The notes under the pieces are model-generated. The model was not told where the DNA came from. It did no database searches and saw nothing but the letters and a program-made list of their open reading frames with translations. From Monocercomonoides exilis PA203 (taxonomy: Eukaryota > Protista > Preaxostyla), in the NCBI GenBank assembly GCA_001643675.2, contig LSRY02000065.1:124001-188000 (forward strand): DNA of 64,000 bases. The letters run 5' to 3'. The translations under genes were made by a program, and so were the position numbers. Of the stretch, positions 1 to 12,600 are shown in pieces. Every line of letters begins with the position of its first letter. The first letter of the stretch is position 1.

Positions 1-1473
1 AGAAACTGGAAAAAATCGAAAATCAGGTCTTGTCTTTATTATCAGAAGGAGTTGTTGTTCGAATGAAGCACATACAGGAAATGGTTTTCAATATTTTTAT
101 ATGATTAATTTTTATCTTTATTTAAATAGGCAATAAAAATGTTGGACGCAGAATCAACAAATGAAGAAGAAAACGAGAAACTCCATCCGAAATTATCTAA
201 TTATTTGGTTCAAAGAAGTTCTATTTTAAAGGCTGCCTTGGCGAGACCATTAGAAATTGCAAAAATTCGGTCACAGAGCCCTGAAAGTGTGACTAATTGG
301 TTTGAAGAAGTGAAAGAAATCGTAGAAGGAAACAATATCGAAGTTACCAATATTTTTAATTTCGATGAATCTTCTGTACAAATCGGAGAAAGTTCTGCAA
401 AGTTGGTCATCTGTTTGAAGGACCAAATCCCTCCTTCTCCTATAGATCCTCGAAAAATTGCCAATGCAACTCTTTGCGTATGCGTGTGTTCTGATGGTTC
501 CAGCCTTCCTCATTTTTTTCTTTATCCAAAGAAAAAAATGCCTGAAGAGTTTTCTAATTTGAAATTTTTTAATATTAATTAAATTCCTGTGCCTTCAGGA
601 TGGATTACCACTGAAATTTTCAAAATCATCATGCTTCAAAATTGGATTCCTCTCATTCATCAAAAAAATCAATCAACATCTTCGAAAAAGGCTCTTCTTC
701 TTCTTGATAACCATTCTACCCATACATGTTCAGAAGTCATTATGAAAGCTGAAAATAACGGAATTTTCATAAAAACATTTCCCCCTAACATGACCCATCT
801 CCTCCAGCAATGTAACAATGTGATATTTGCCAGATTGAAAAGAACATTTTTCAATAATTTCACAGTTCCAATCGATGATTCATCTTCTTCATATAGAAAG
901 GCACATGCCGAGGTCTCACCAGGGGCCATCGCTGTAGCGACCACTTCATCGGTAATCAAAACTGCATTTCTCAACACAGGAATCTGGCCACTGGCAGCTT
1001 CGCAAGTTCTCACCAAAATAAGTGGATCTCCTTCAAAATCTTCTTTAGCAATTTCTTCAGATGAAGTTGACAATGAATTGTTTGGTTCTTTTTTCCCAAA
1101 GCGCAAAGTTAAATCAACAAAAAAGGTTCAAAATGAAATGATAATAGAAGAAAAGCACCATAGGGATGAATTCACGCAAACTGATGATTATAATATCTCA
1201 GACGAAGATAGTGATCATCCTTCAAGAAACAAATCAGTATCAAAAAGAATCCCTCGAATAAGAAAGAAAAAAATCGACGGTGACTACATTTATGAAGACG
1301 ATGAAGCTGGATCAACAGAAAGGTGGATTGAAGAGCATAATGAAAGAATAAAAGAAACTTGTCCATCAAGAAGCAAAAAATTCAAAATACAACACGATGA
1401 TAACGAAACAATGGAAACATCAACTAGTTTAGGAAATACTTATTTATTCAAATATTTTATACTTCTTTTTTGA
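1..1473 (+). pseudogene. Pogo/Fot1-type (DDE_1) transposase pseudogene, 5' end outside the window
   Basis: Exon 3-83, intron 84-129 (GT..AG), then ORFs 139-582 and 589-1473 in the same frame, separated by one TAA at 580-582. Motifs FNFDES, SGWIT, LLLLDNHSTH, PPNMTHLLQQCN; the third catalytic Asp is replaced by Asn 35 residues after the second. Confidence 0.85.
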
Positions 1474-1585
1474 ATGTTATTTACATATATGACTTTACAT
1501 GTATTGCATATTTTGGATTGAATGCTAATTGTTAATTGTTTTATTTATCCTTCATAATTCATACAAATATATAAGAATAAAAAAT

Positions 1586-1614
1586 GGTTGCAAAAGACTA
1601 AGCGTTGGACAGTA
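1586..1614. mobile_element. Candidate right terminus (..GGACAG followed by TA) of the first pogo-like element
   Basis: GC-richer GGTTGCAAAAGACTAAGCGTTGGACAG|TA about 110 bp after the transposase stop. The partner TIR would lie outside the window, so this is unverified. Confidence 0.3.
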
Positions 1615-3636
1615 AAAAGCTTTGGCCAAGTTCATAACAATTTTCATATATCAATGATATGGCTTCTATAACTTTGGAAATTTGAGGAACATCATTTCAC
1701 ACGATTATTATTGATTCACAGAAAAAACATGATATTTTTCTTTGCATGCCAAGTTAAATTCTTCTTTTTTCTTAACGATCATAAATTATCACTTTCAGCA
1801 ATAAAAAAAACATATAACTTGAATAAAAAATTGTAAAAAATTGAAGATACAGTTGCTGAATAAAAAAACCGGGTTTTTTACTTTGTAACGGGTTTTTTTC
1901 TCATTGTATCTATCTTTTCACTAACTATTGAATGATGAAAAAATTAAAAAAAAAAAGTATTTGAATAATCAGAGTTGCCCATAATAACATAAGAATTCCT
2001 GCATTTTTTCTTTTCCATTTTTCGGAGTTTTATAAAATTGTTGAGGATTATTTCACGATGAAACTTGCACAAAGAATTATATATCATACATTTTTACGTT
2101 GATGAAGAGGGAATTGTCAGTTTGCTTCAGTTATTTAAATGTTCAGAAAATTACTCATTTTGGAGGCAGATGCAGTACAAATGTTTTTATTCACTTTCTT
2201 TCCTGCTCGATTATTTATTTTTTCTGGAGAAACTCCACTTTTATTGCAAAGCCTTATGATATCAAGACATAATAGACTGTTTATCAAAAAATGTTTCATT
2301 CAAGGACATTCCACGTGATACCTGAGCAAAATAATCATATTTTATGTTTCTGTTTGTCTTTTTTTCCGTTTCTTTTTGGCCAATTTCATTTGCCACAGAA
2401 GGGCTGTATTCACTAGAAAATGCAAAAGAAATGATTGCTATTCCAGACTCGGAATCTGAAGGGAAGTCGAGCTCCGCAGCTTTGACAACGGAAATATCAA
2501 AGGAAATGAATGTTTGAGTTTTTCTTTTAACAAAATTTTTTTTAATATGTGTATTTAAGGAAAGTTTTGCACCATCATCAAACAAAATTGGATTATTTTG
2601 ATTATCAATCATAGATACTTTCAAATCATTCTCCAATTGCAAAAAGATGGAAATAACATCAAGGTTCAATAGCGGAAATGAGTGTGGAAAACTATTTTTT
2701 GGAAAAGAGCAGTTATCATGATTGAACGTCCTACAAATCTCCTCTTATTCGTCAAAAAAACAATAGTTAATGTTCAATAAATGTGAGAAAAGGCTGGATT
2801 GAGGTATTTTTGAAGGAACTGGAAAATAGTTGAAAATGGTAGAATATCATCGGAATATTTGAAGAGAATGCTCTGAAACTAGATTGATTCAAAAACAAAC
2901 TAGATAAAAGAAAAACAAAGAAAATGAAAATTCTGATGGAAAGCATTGAATGCCTCAAAGAAGAAGAAATCCTGAAAAACAGTTGATAAGAAATAGAAGA
3001 AAGAGAAAAGAGGATTAATCGAAGGAACAAATGAAGAAAAATCAGAAAAGAGAAAGATCAGAGGATATTGAATCAAAAATCAATTTCTTTCTGAAAAAAA
3101 GGAAAAAAGAAATTCCATCGAAAAGAATTGCTGAAAAATATTATTTTGGAGATATGATGAAAAGTTGAAGCAATTTTTACTGAATAAGGCAAAAGTTATA
3201 ATATGTAGCTTAAGATCAGCTGGATTTATTTCTTGGTGTGAAAATTTTCATTTTCATCTTTTTTGATATTTTTTTTTATTTTCATTTGTGTTTTCAGGAA
3301 TATTTGAAATCAAATGAAGAAAATATGGTGATATCAAATGAAAGAAAATAATTTAACGAAAAAGGAGATGAAGGGATGAGGCACTTAATTAAAGCAAAAT
3401 ATCTGCAGAAAGACGAGAGATACAAATAATTGAAGAAAAAAGAGGAAATCAATTAAAGATGGCAGTTTCTTGGAATTAATGTTTATATAGAATGATTCAG
3501 AAAAATGAAAATAAAAGCAGTGAATTGAATTTTGAAAATGGAAATGATGCAGGAAATAATGTTTTTCGATGCTCCACAAGATAATGGGATGTTATCAGAA
3601 ATATGGGATCATGATCCCATAATCATCACTGAAGCA

Positions 3637-6600
3637 ATGATTCCCTTCGTTTATCTTGTGTGTTTGCTATCAGCCATTTGTGGTAAATACAGAAATGATA
3701 GATTGAACAATGAATATGATTCTTTCTATGTTAATAGAATGGAGAAGAGTGGTATTTTTGTGAAGAAAAGTGTTGTTCGGATGTTCTGCGAAATGCACAA
3801 CTCATCAGTTGAATTGAAGGGAATATTGCTTGAAAAGTCAGGAAATTGTGTGATGTTCGAAATAAAAGCAGGATCATTGCTGCAGGTTGAGGGAAGTGTG
3901 TTTGTAAGAAACAATGAGATGAATGGGAATTATGTGAGGAATGGAGGGACATTCTGGCTGATAAACACGAGTTTGGGTGTTGGAAATGGTCAGGAATGTG
4001 GAATGATGGGGAGTGTGGTGAAGATGGAAGGAGGTGATTTGTCTTCGTTGTTTGTGAGAAATAGCGAGTTTGAGGATGTTGTGTTTTGTGGGGGTGGAGG
4101 CGGTTTTCTAAGAGATGGTTCAGGAAGTTTTGAATTCGTCCAAAACTGCAAATTTGTGAATATCACAAAGAAATTTAGTGAGACAGAGGAAATACAAACT
4201 GGAAAAGAGAGGATGATGAAGATGAGTTCAATGGAAGATTGTGATGTTGAGCGATCGATGAATGTGCTTGAGGGAGGGATTGTGAGTGGAACAGAAGGAT
4301 CTGGCTCATTTTTTTGCAATAATTGCACATTTGTTCGGAATGAAAGAGTGGATCGGGAAGTGAGGAATGCAAATAGGGTTGAAACCACCAAGACACAGAC
4401 ATTTACGAACGCTGAATGGATTGAGTGCAACGCTTCATGTGGCGGAGCACTTTATGTTCATGACAATTCAAGTGCAACCCTGACAGTTGAGAATTCTTCA
4501 TTTGTGAAATGCAATGCAACATCCGAAAGAGGAGGAGGGATATTTGCTTTGAACATTGGAGAATGCACCGTGAAGCATTCAACATTTATTGAGTGCTATT
4601 GTGTGGCATCATCAAATAATGGAGGTGCTGGAATGGGTATTACAGGAATGACAATTCAAGTATTAGTTGATAATTGTTTGTTCAAAGACAATTGGTCTGG
4701 AAATGATGGTGGTGGATTGATAATTTTGAGTTCAAAAACAAACAAAACAAAAGATTGTGTATTCAATTGTTATTTCCAAAATTGCAGCGGGAATAAGCCA
4801 ATGGATTCTGATGGAGGAGGGTTTATTCATTGGTATGCAGTTGACAAAATTGTTGCTCATAATTGCCTTTTTCAAGGATGTCATTCAGATTTACGTGGAG
4901 GAGCTGTCAGTATTCTGACAAATGGATATAGTGGAAATCTTTTGTGGTTTTGCTTTTTCCACAATAATACAGCATCGTATGGAAATGATATTAATTTGGA
5001 GGACAATAGCACAGACTCCCAAGTTGCTTTCTGTTATTCCACAAGAACTGATGGGAATAGATATTATGCAGGTGGAGATAAAAGCAATTGGCTTCCAAAT
5101 GAAGGAGGAAGAAGCAGATTTGTTGCTTCAAGAGAGAATCAGACAAATGCAAAAGACACATTCAGCTGTGGATTGAATGAATCCTATGCGTGCTCGACAA
5201 TCAGTCATTGCCTTTCCCAAATGATTGTGGGGTTTGTGGAGGAAATCAAGGTGCTTTCTGGAACAGTTATGGAAGGCAAAGGAATTAATGTTGGGGAAAA
5301 AACGATCACTGTGAATGGGGCTTCACCAGCTGGCTCATCCATTGAAACAAAGTTTGAGAGGAATGGACTGAGTCTGTTTTGTGTTGGAACAGGGAAATTG
5401 AGTGTAAATGATCTGTCTGTGATCCACAACACCTCATATGAAAACAACAGGCAATGCAAACTGTTTGAGGTTGAGGGAAGTGGATTGATGGATGTGAAGA
5501 GAATGAACGTATCGATGGACTCTGCTCATTCAGAAGAGAGGAGCATTCAGAACTCACTTGTGAAACTGGACGGGGGAGAGTTGAAGATGCAAGATGTGAG
5601 ATGGGAACAAACATTCAGCACCACGAGTGTGATATCGCTTTCTCAAGAATCATCTGTGACATTGTCTCTGGATAACTGTGTGTTCAGCAACATTGTGAGG
5701 ACAACAGCAGGATCATCTCTGATGAGTGTGAGTGAAGGGTCACATTCGATAACTTTTGATGGATGCGCGATTGATGGGTGTGGGAATGAAGACTGTGAGT
5801 TTGGAGGGGGAATGATGGTTGAAGTGGGGAATATTGGTTCATTGACGATGAATGGAGGTGTTGTGAGAAACTGTTATGCCTCGACCACTCAAGGGAGAGG
5901 AGGAGGGATTGGGCTGAAAGTGAAAGACACAAATGCAGAGTTTCAGATTTCATCAGGATTTGAAGGAAACAGTGCCAAATGGGGAAATGATATTTTCATT
6001 GATTCTCCCAATTTGGAAGCAACAGCAAAAAGCAGAAAGATTACCTCATTTACAGCATCAATTTCCACAATCAACAAAATCCGAGGATTCCACAATGGGG
6101 ATGAAACGATTCCAATTCCACTTTGTGTTTATCTGATTCCTTTGCCAAGTGAGATTGTTGTGAGCAATGCTGATGCATTTGATCATTCTCGTTGTGGATT
6201 TGCTGAGTTTCCCTGTCTGACTCTGAAACATTCACTGGAAATGCAAGAAGAGGAAAAGAAGATTGTTGTTGATGGGATGATTGCAATGGAAGATGAGCTG
6301 ACATTTGACTCCCTCAAGCACACAATCAGAGGGAAAGATGGAAACAGTGGATGGAAAGTGGGGAATGAGCAGAATGGGGTGAAAGAAAGTTTGATAACAG
6401 TCAGTGCAAATACAAATTTGAGTTTACTCATTTTCTCTGTTCCTTCTGGACTCGCAAATCACGAAATATTCTTCTCTTCTTCTTCACAATCATTTTCGCT
6501 TGAGAGCTGCTCACTGACATTTCAAAATTCTCGATCAGCCTTGTCTTTTGTGTTTTTATCTGTAACAGCAGGCGAGATGTCTGTTTCGTCTTTTGTTGTA

Positions 6601-9600
6601 TCATCCTTGGTGATTGGGAATCATCCATTGATCAGTCTTGAAGGAAACAATGCTGCTGGCACATTCACTTCCATGATCATTGAAGATATATTCTCTGATA
6701 CGCAGAGTGTTTTGTTTGGAATTGCGAATGGGGCATCTTTTTCAATTCAAGATTCAACACTTTCAGTGAAAACAGCATCACAAGCAGAGTCATCATCATC
6801 AGGATCAATTCGAATGATTTCCACATATTCAGTCAAGTTGCTGAAGCTCACAAACAATACGATGAGAGGATTCAAAGGGGATGGAGGAAATGGGGGGGCA
6901 GTTGAATGCATGCTTGGGAGAGATTGTTCTCTTGAAATTGTTGGAGGGATGATGTCAGGGTGCGAGAGCAAAGGAGGAAATGGAGGAGGGATGTGGGTTG
7001 AGATGGGAGAAGGATCGAGATTCACTGTGGGAAACATGACGAATGCCAACAAAGTGAATGAAATAACTTCAAATGAGGAAAGGGGTTTGTTTCAACTTGT
7101 GAGCTGCAAGGCAACGCAAACAGCAGATGGAGAGTGTGGATATGGAGGAGGGATTTATCTTCATTTGGCTGATGGGACAAGCTCATTCACTTTGAAGGAT
7201 GTTTCATTTTCCGCTTGTGATGCTAAAGAAGGGAAAGAAGTCTTCATCAATGCAAATGATCTTTCAAGTGTGATTGACAGGATATCGATTGGATTTGGAG
7301 TTGATATGAGTGACTTGACAAAATTGAATGGGTTTGAGAGATCAACATCGAATGAGACATTTGCCATTCCGCTGGTGGTGTATTTGTGGAACAACTTTTC
7401 AGCACCAGTGTTTGTGGGAGGAGGATCATTGAGCCATGATTTCTCGAAATGTGGATTTGAAGAGTTTCCGTGTTCATCCATTTCGAAGGCAGTGTCAATC
7501 CATTTTGAAGGGAAGAAAAAGGATGTTGCTCTTCTTGAGCCATTTGTCTTTGAGGAGGAATTGGGGTTGACTTCAAATGAATGGAGCATTGCATCCAAAG
7601 AGGATGAGATGAAGTGTGATGTTTGTGATCAGAAAGAGGGAGCTCAAAGTGGATTGATAAAAAACACAGTTTCTGTGTCTGTGACTGGCATTGTATTTTC
7701 TTTGAAGAAATCGCTGACCTTTCATGAAAGTGTGTTTGAGTGCCATTCAGGGAAGCTCACACTGAATGGATGTGGGATGGAAGGAGGCACTGAGACTATT
7801 ACAACAGTGTTTGTGAAGGCTGTTGAAGGGGTTGTGGAGGTGAGTGAGTTTTCAACAAAGGATATGAAAATTGGAGATTCATCGATATTTGTTGTTGAAG
7901 GGAATGCAGAAAGTGTGCCTTCGATGAATATGACTCATTGTGATTTTTCCGAAATCACATTTGGCGATGGGTGTGTTGTTGAGTGCCACGAGGGGATTAT
8001 CGAAGAGATGTCAGGATGCACATTTTCATCTATCACTCGTATGAAGGGAAGTGGAGGATGCATCAGCATTGCAAACGAGGAGGATGATGATGATGATGGA
8101 AGAGATTTCAAAGCGGAAATAGATGACTGCACATTTGAAGGGTGTGCTGTTGCTGGAGAGGAGGGAACTGAGATTGGAGGAGGTGCACTCTTTTGTGAGG
8201 CATCTTCAAAAACGAATCTGTTGATAAGTTTGTGTTCGTTTTATTGTTGCAGAGCACCATATGAAGAGGGAAGTATTGGATATGGAGGAGGAATAATGCT
8301 GAAGATCCTGAAACAAGAAGAAGAAGGAAAGGCAGGGTTTGTGATTTCCTCGCCTGTTTTTTCATCTGGGAAGCCAAACAATGCGAAATATGGGAAGGAT
8401 CTGTTCATTTCATCTGCATCGCTTGCCAAGAGTGTCAAGAACGAAACACTTCCATTTGTGAAAGATAGATTAGAGATGCTGACAGAGGACTCTCTGATGG
8501 GATATGATGGAGGAAACAAGGAGTGTGCAATCCCACTGATCTATTTCTGGAGAGAGATTGAATCGAGCGTGCATATTGCTGAGGAAGGAAACAATGTTGT
8601 TGTGTGTGGCTTTCCAAATCTTCCGTGCCAATCTGTTGATTATGGGATGAATCGGATCGGCAGTTCGACAGTCGAGCATATGATGATTCATGGGGTTTGT
8701 GATGTGAGGAGTGTGATTGGGATGAATGGGATGAAATTGGAAGGAACAAATGGGGAGTCAGACAAAATCCGATTTGTTCAAGCACTTGAAGGGGATGGAG
8801 ACGTTGTTGTTGAATGCAAAGGGATTGTTCAATTCAAAGAAGTGGGGATTCTGATTCCCGGTGCCTTTGATAATGGAGCAAACATCCTTATCCAGACAGA
8901 TTCGGATGCAATCGAAACGAGCATTGTGAGCTGTTCAATTCATCAAAGTGGTGATGCTGAAGGTGAATTGTCATTTGTATTGATCTGTGCAGTAAAAGGA
9001 ATTGTTGAGATTGAAAATACAGAAATAGCTGGATTCTCAACGATGCATGAGATAATGAGCATATCAGCTGATTGTGTGACAACCATGAACAATGTGACAT
9101 TTGAAGATATTTCATTGAGTGGGAAAAGTGCAATTGCGATGAGTGAAAGTGTGCTTTCTGCAATTGGGAACGATAATGAAGGAGAAATATGGAATATTCA
9201 ATTTGAGCAATGCACATTTGTGAATGTGAAGAACAGCGCGTCAAACAACCCTTCATTGCTTTGTTGTGATGAACCAAATGAAGTGAGATTGAAAATGGAG
9301 AATTCAACAATTGACAATTGTGGATCGACAAGCTCGAATGAAGGAGGAGGAGTGTTTTTCCTTCTCAATGAAAAGGGAAGATTGGAAATGAATCGCACAA
9401 ATGTGACAGAGTGTTTCTGTTCGAACATCGGGAGAGGAGGAGGACTGTTTTTGAAATCACAGAGTGTCTCACTGAAGGCATTGCCATTTGTGCTGTCGAA
9501 CATCACATTCCTTCAGAATGTTGCATCGAAGGGGAGAGATGTGTTTGTGAAGTGCACAGACCTTGACTCGCAGATAAGTGAGTCACAGTTCCTGATAAAC

Positions 9601-12600
9601 TTCGGGGAGCCATTTGTGAGGGAGCTGGCGATATGGGGATGCACATCAGACAATTATGGAGATGAAGAAGATCTTCTGAGGAGGGTGTTTGTATTCAGGA
9701 GCGAATTCATATTTGTTTCATCGATTGTGGAGAACAGCAGCTACAGCAAGCAGTGTGGAGAGATGAAGAGCACATGCTCATCGCTGAATGTTGGGGTGAG
9801 CCACATCATCCCATCGGATTATTCGCAGTTATTGATCTGGAATGAAACAGAATTGACTGGTTCATGCTCAGCTGAGAAGGTGACGATCAAGTCGATGGAG
9901 GCGAGCAGGAATGGGGAGATAAAAGTGAATGAAATAAATTTAGCAGATGAAGGAGCTGTGAGAACCTCGGAATCTGTTCGATTTGAGAAGGTATCATTTG
10001 TTTTTTGTGGAATGGGGAATGTTGTCTGCTTGTGCTTGATACGCCAGCTGAATGGATCTCTTATTCTGGAATCTGTTTCATTCTTGTCAGAGAGCGGATC
10101 AATGGAGAATTCACAGACCCTTTTTGACTTTTCTCTGATTGTTGTAGAAGATGGGCTGTTTGAGGCAGAAAAGTGCATTGTTGGCCACTTGATATTCTCA
10201 AAGGCTGTGTTCAATATATTGCGCTCAGAAAAGGCAACATTTGAGGGTGTGGGAGTGGATGGTGTGGAATGCAAGAGTTCGTTGATTGAATGTGGGAAAA
10301 GTGAGAAAGTGAGCATTTCGAAGTTGGCAGCCACAAACATTGAGTTGGAAGAGAGAAGCCTTATATCACTTGAAAACAGCCATTCTTCACTTGTTTTATC
10401 ATTAGTGTTGTCATCATTCACAAACATCAGCCGATCGAGTGATGGGTCGTGCATTGTTTGCTCATTTCATCCGATGAGTTGTTTTGAGATGTGCAACTGC
10501 TCGTTTCATGAGTGCACATCAGAGTCGCCAAAGGGGAGCCAGGTGGCGATAGCATTGGCAGAGAAGATATTGATTGAATCGTGTGTGTTTGAAGGGAATC
10601 TTGTTTCAGGAACAGAAAGGAATGAGATTTCTGATGAAGTGTGCAAATGGAATGGGTCAGTTGTTGACTTGTCGATGAGTGAAGCAGTTGTGCGAGACAC
10701 CACGATTTGCAACTCATCGAAGGGAGGGATGAGTGTGAGTGGAGGCACAATAATTATCAAAGATGGAAGATTTGAGAACAACAATCCTTCGATTGAGAAA
10801 TATCCATCAGCGAGAAGAAACATTATTTGTTCTGATTCTGCCTCACTGACAATCTCCAGTTTGAAAGGTGGTGATGGAGTGAAAGACAATTCATCACTTT
10901 GGATTCTGAATGAAGGATGCAATTTTGAGGGAATTATTTCCGAGAGGTCATCTCCATTCTTCATTCCAGTTCTGGAAAATGTTTCTGTGAATGAGAATGG
11001 AAGCAACATTTTTATCAAATTCAAGGGGTACCTTTTTATTCCTTGTGACTTGTCATTCAGACTTGTGTTCAAAACAGGGGATGTGGAGTTGGTTGAGACA
11101 TATCCTTTTGAGGAAGATTGTTTTGCATCCGAATTAGAAGTGGTTGGAAGAATTCCTTCAGAAAATATTTCAACGATTGCACATGAAACAGAGGTGTCAG
11201 TGATGATTCTGTTTGGGAAACAATTGGCTGCAACCTCTCCACAGATTGTGAAGAATAAAACAGAACCAAATACTGGAAATGATAAAGCGGTTGAAGGAGG
11301 AAAAGAAGGAAAAACATTTTGGCCAATAATAGTTATTGTAATGGCAATAATTCTTTTTATTGTTCTGATTGTATCCATTGTTTTGGCTGTTCGGTGGAGA
11401 AAGGTCAAGAATGAAGCAGAAGATCTGAGAGAGATTGTTAACGATAACATCAGAAAAGATCCGAAGGCATTTGAAATGGTGACAATGGAGATGTCACCCG
11501 AGGAGCAATGGAGGAGAGCAGAGAGGGAGGCAGAAAAGAAGAATGAAGAAAGAATAAAGAAGAGGGTGTATGAAAAGACAATGGAGCATTCAGAGTCATC
11601 GGAGCATTTGTTGAGTGAGAGTGGATCAACCGAATACATTCTGGGAAGAGATTCAGATAAGATTCCCGAATGGGCACTGGAAAAAGTTGACGAGAAGGAA
11701 GAAGAGGAAACAAGGAAAATAACACCATCGCCTTCCATTTCATCCACTTCAACAACTGATTCAGATTCAACTTTTGTTCGATCGGAGTGTCTGTGCCCAA
11801 CCACCTCATCCATGTCAAACCTGGTTGATGCAATGGCGTGCTCATCGCCTCATGAGAAGCTGATTGTGGATTTGAGGGATTCTCTTTTCATGCTGCTTCA
11901 TGGAAGGAATGAGAAGAAGGAGATGGAGATTGGGAGTTTGAAGGAAAGAGAGCAAACAGCTGCACAGGTGTTGTTCTGGGTGGCGAATGGGGCACTCCAC
12001 TCATTTGATGAGATGGAAAATCCACTTCAGTCACTTTCCAATCTGAGCCCTCACATTGTGTTGTTCTCAGAACATATGGTTATCTGCATTGCCCTCCACT
12101 CCGATTGTTCATCAGACTCAGACTCATCATCCATCTCTTCTATGTCCATTGTTTCTTCATCCTCGAATATTTCAGCGATGAGTGAGAGATTCACCGACTC
12201 ACCTCCGCCTTCATCAGCCTTTGAAGACGAAGATAATATTAGGAAGGAGTGTTTGAGGTGGAAGGCGCCAGAGCTGATGGTGAACAAGAAGATGGATGCT
12301 ACGAAGGAGACAGTGGCTTTCTCGATTGGGATGATGTTGTGGGAGTGCCTGACGCTGGAGGTGCCATTTGGGGAGTATGAGGCAGAGGCTGCAGGGCAGA
12401 AGATTGTGAATGGAGAGAGGCCGATCAGCAAGACAATGCTGGGAAATAAGGCAGAGGAGGTGATTGACTTGTTGGTGAGCCAGGAGGGATCGGAGCGGCC
12501 GAGTCTTGTTTGGGTGAAGCGGGCATGCATCCAAAAGTTCCCGAAGGGAGCAGCTGTGCTCACAGTTTCTGATGCCATCGACTTCGGGACAGATGAAGAT

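Noticed and set aside
2262-3480. 135-aa minus-strand ORF and a stop-riddled, purine-rich coiled-coil-like plus-strand stretch
   Set aside because: Probably gene relics, but I could not support any family assignment or exon structure.
10506-11813. Long antisense ORFs (435 aa here, others inside USP and the 53.8-61.2 kb gene)
   Set aside because: Shadows of the sense-strand codon bias and repeats; no motifs of their own.
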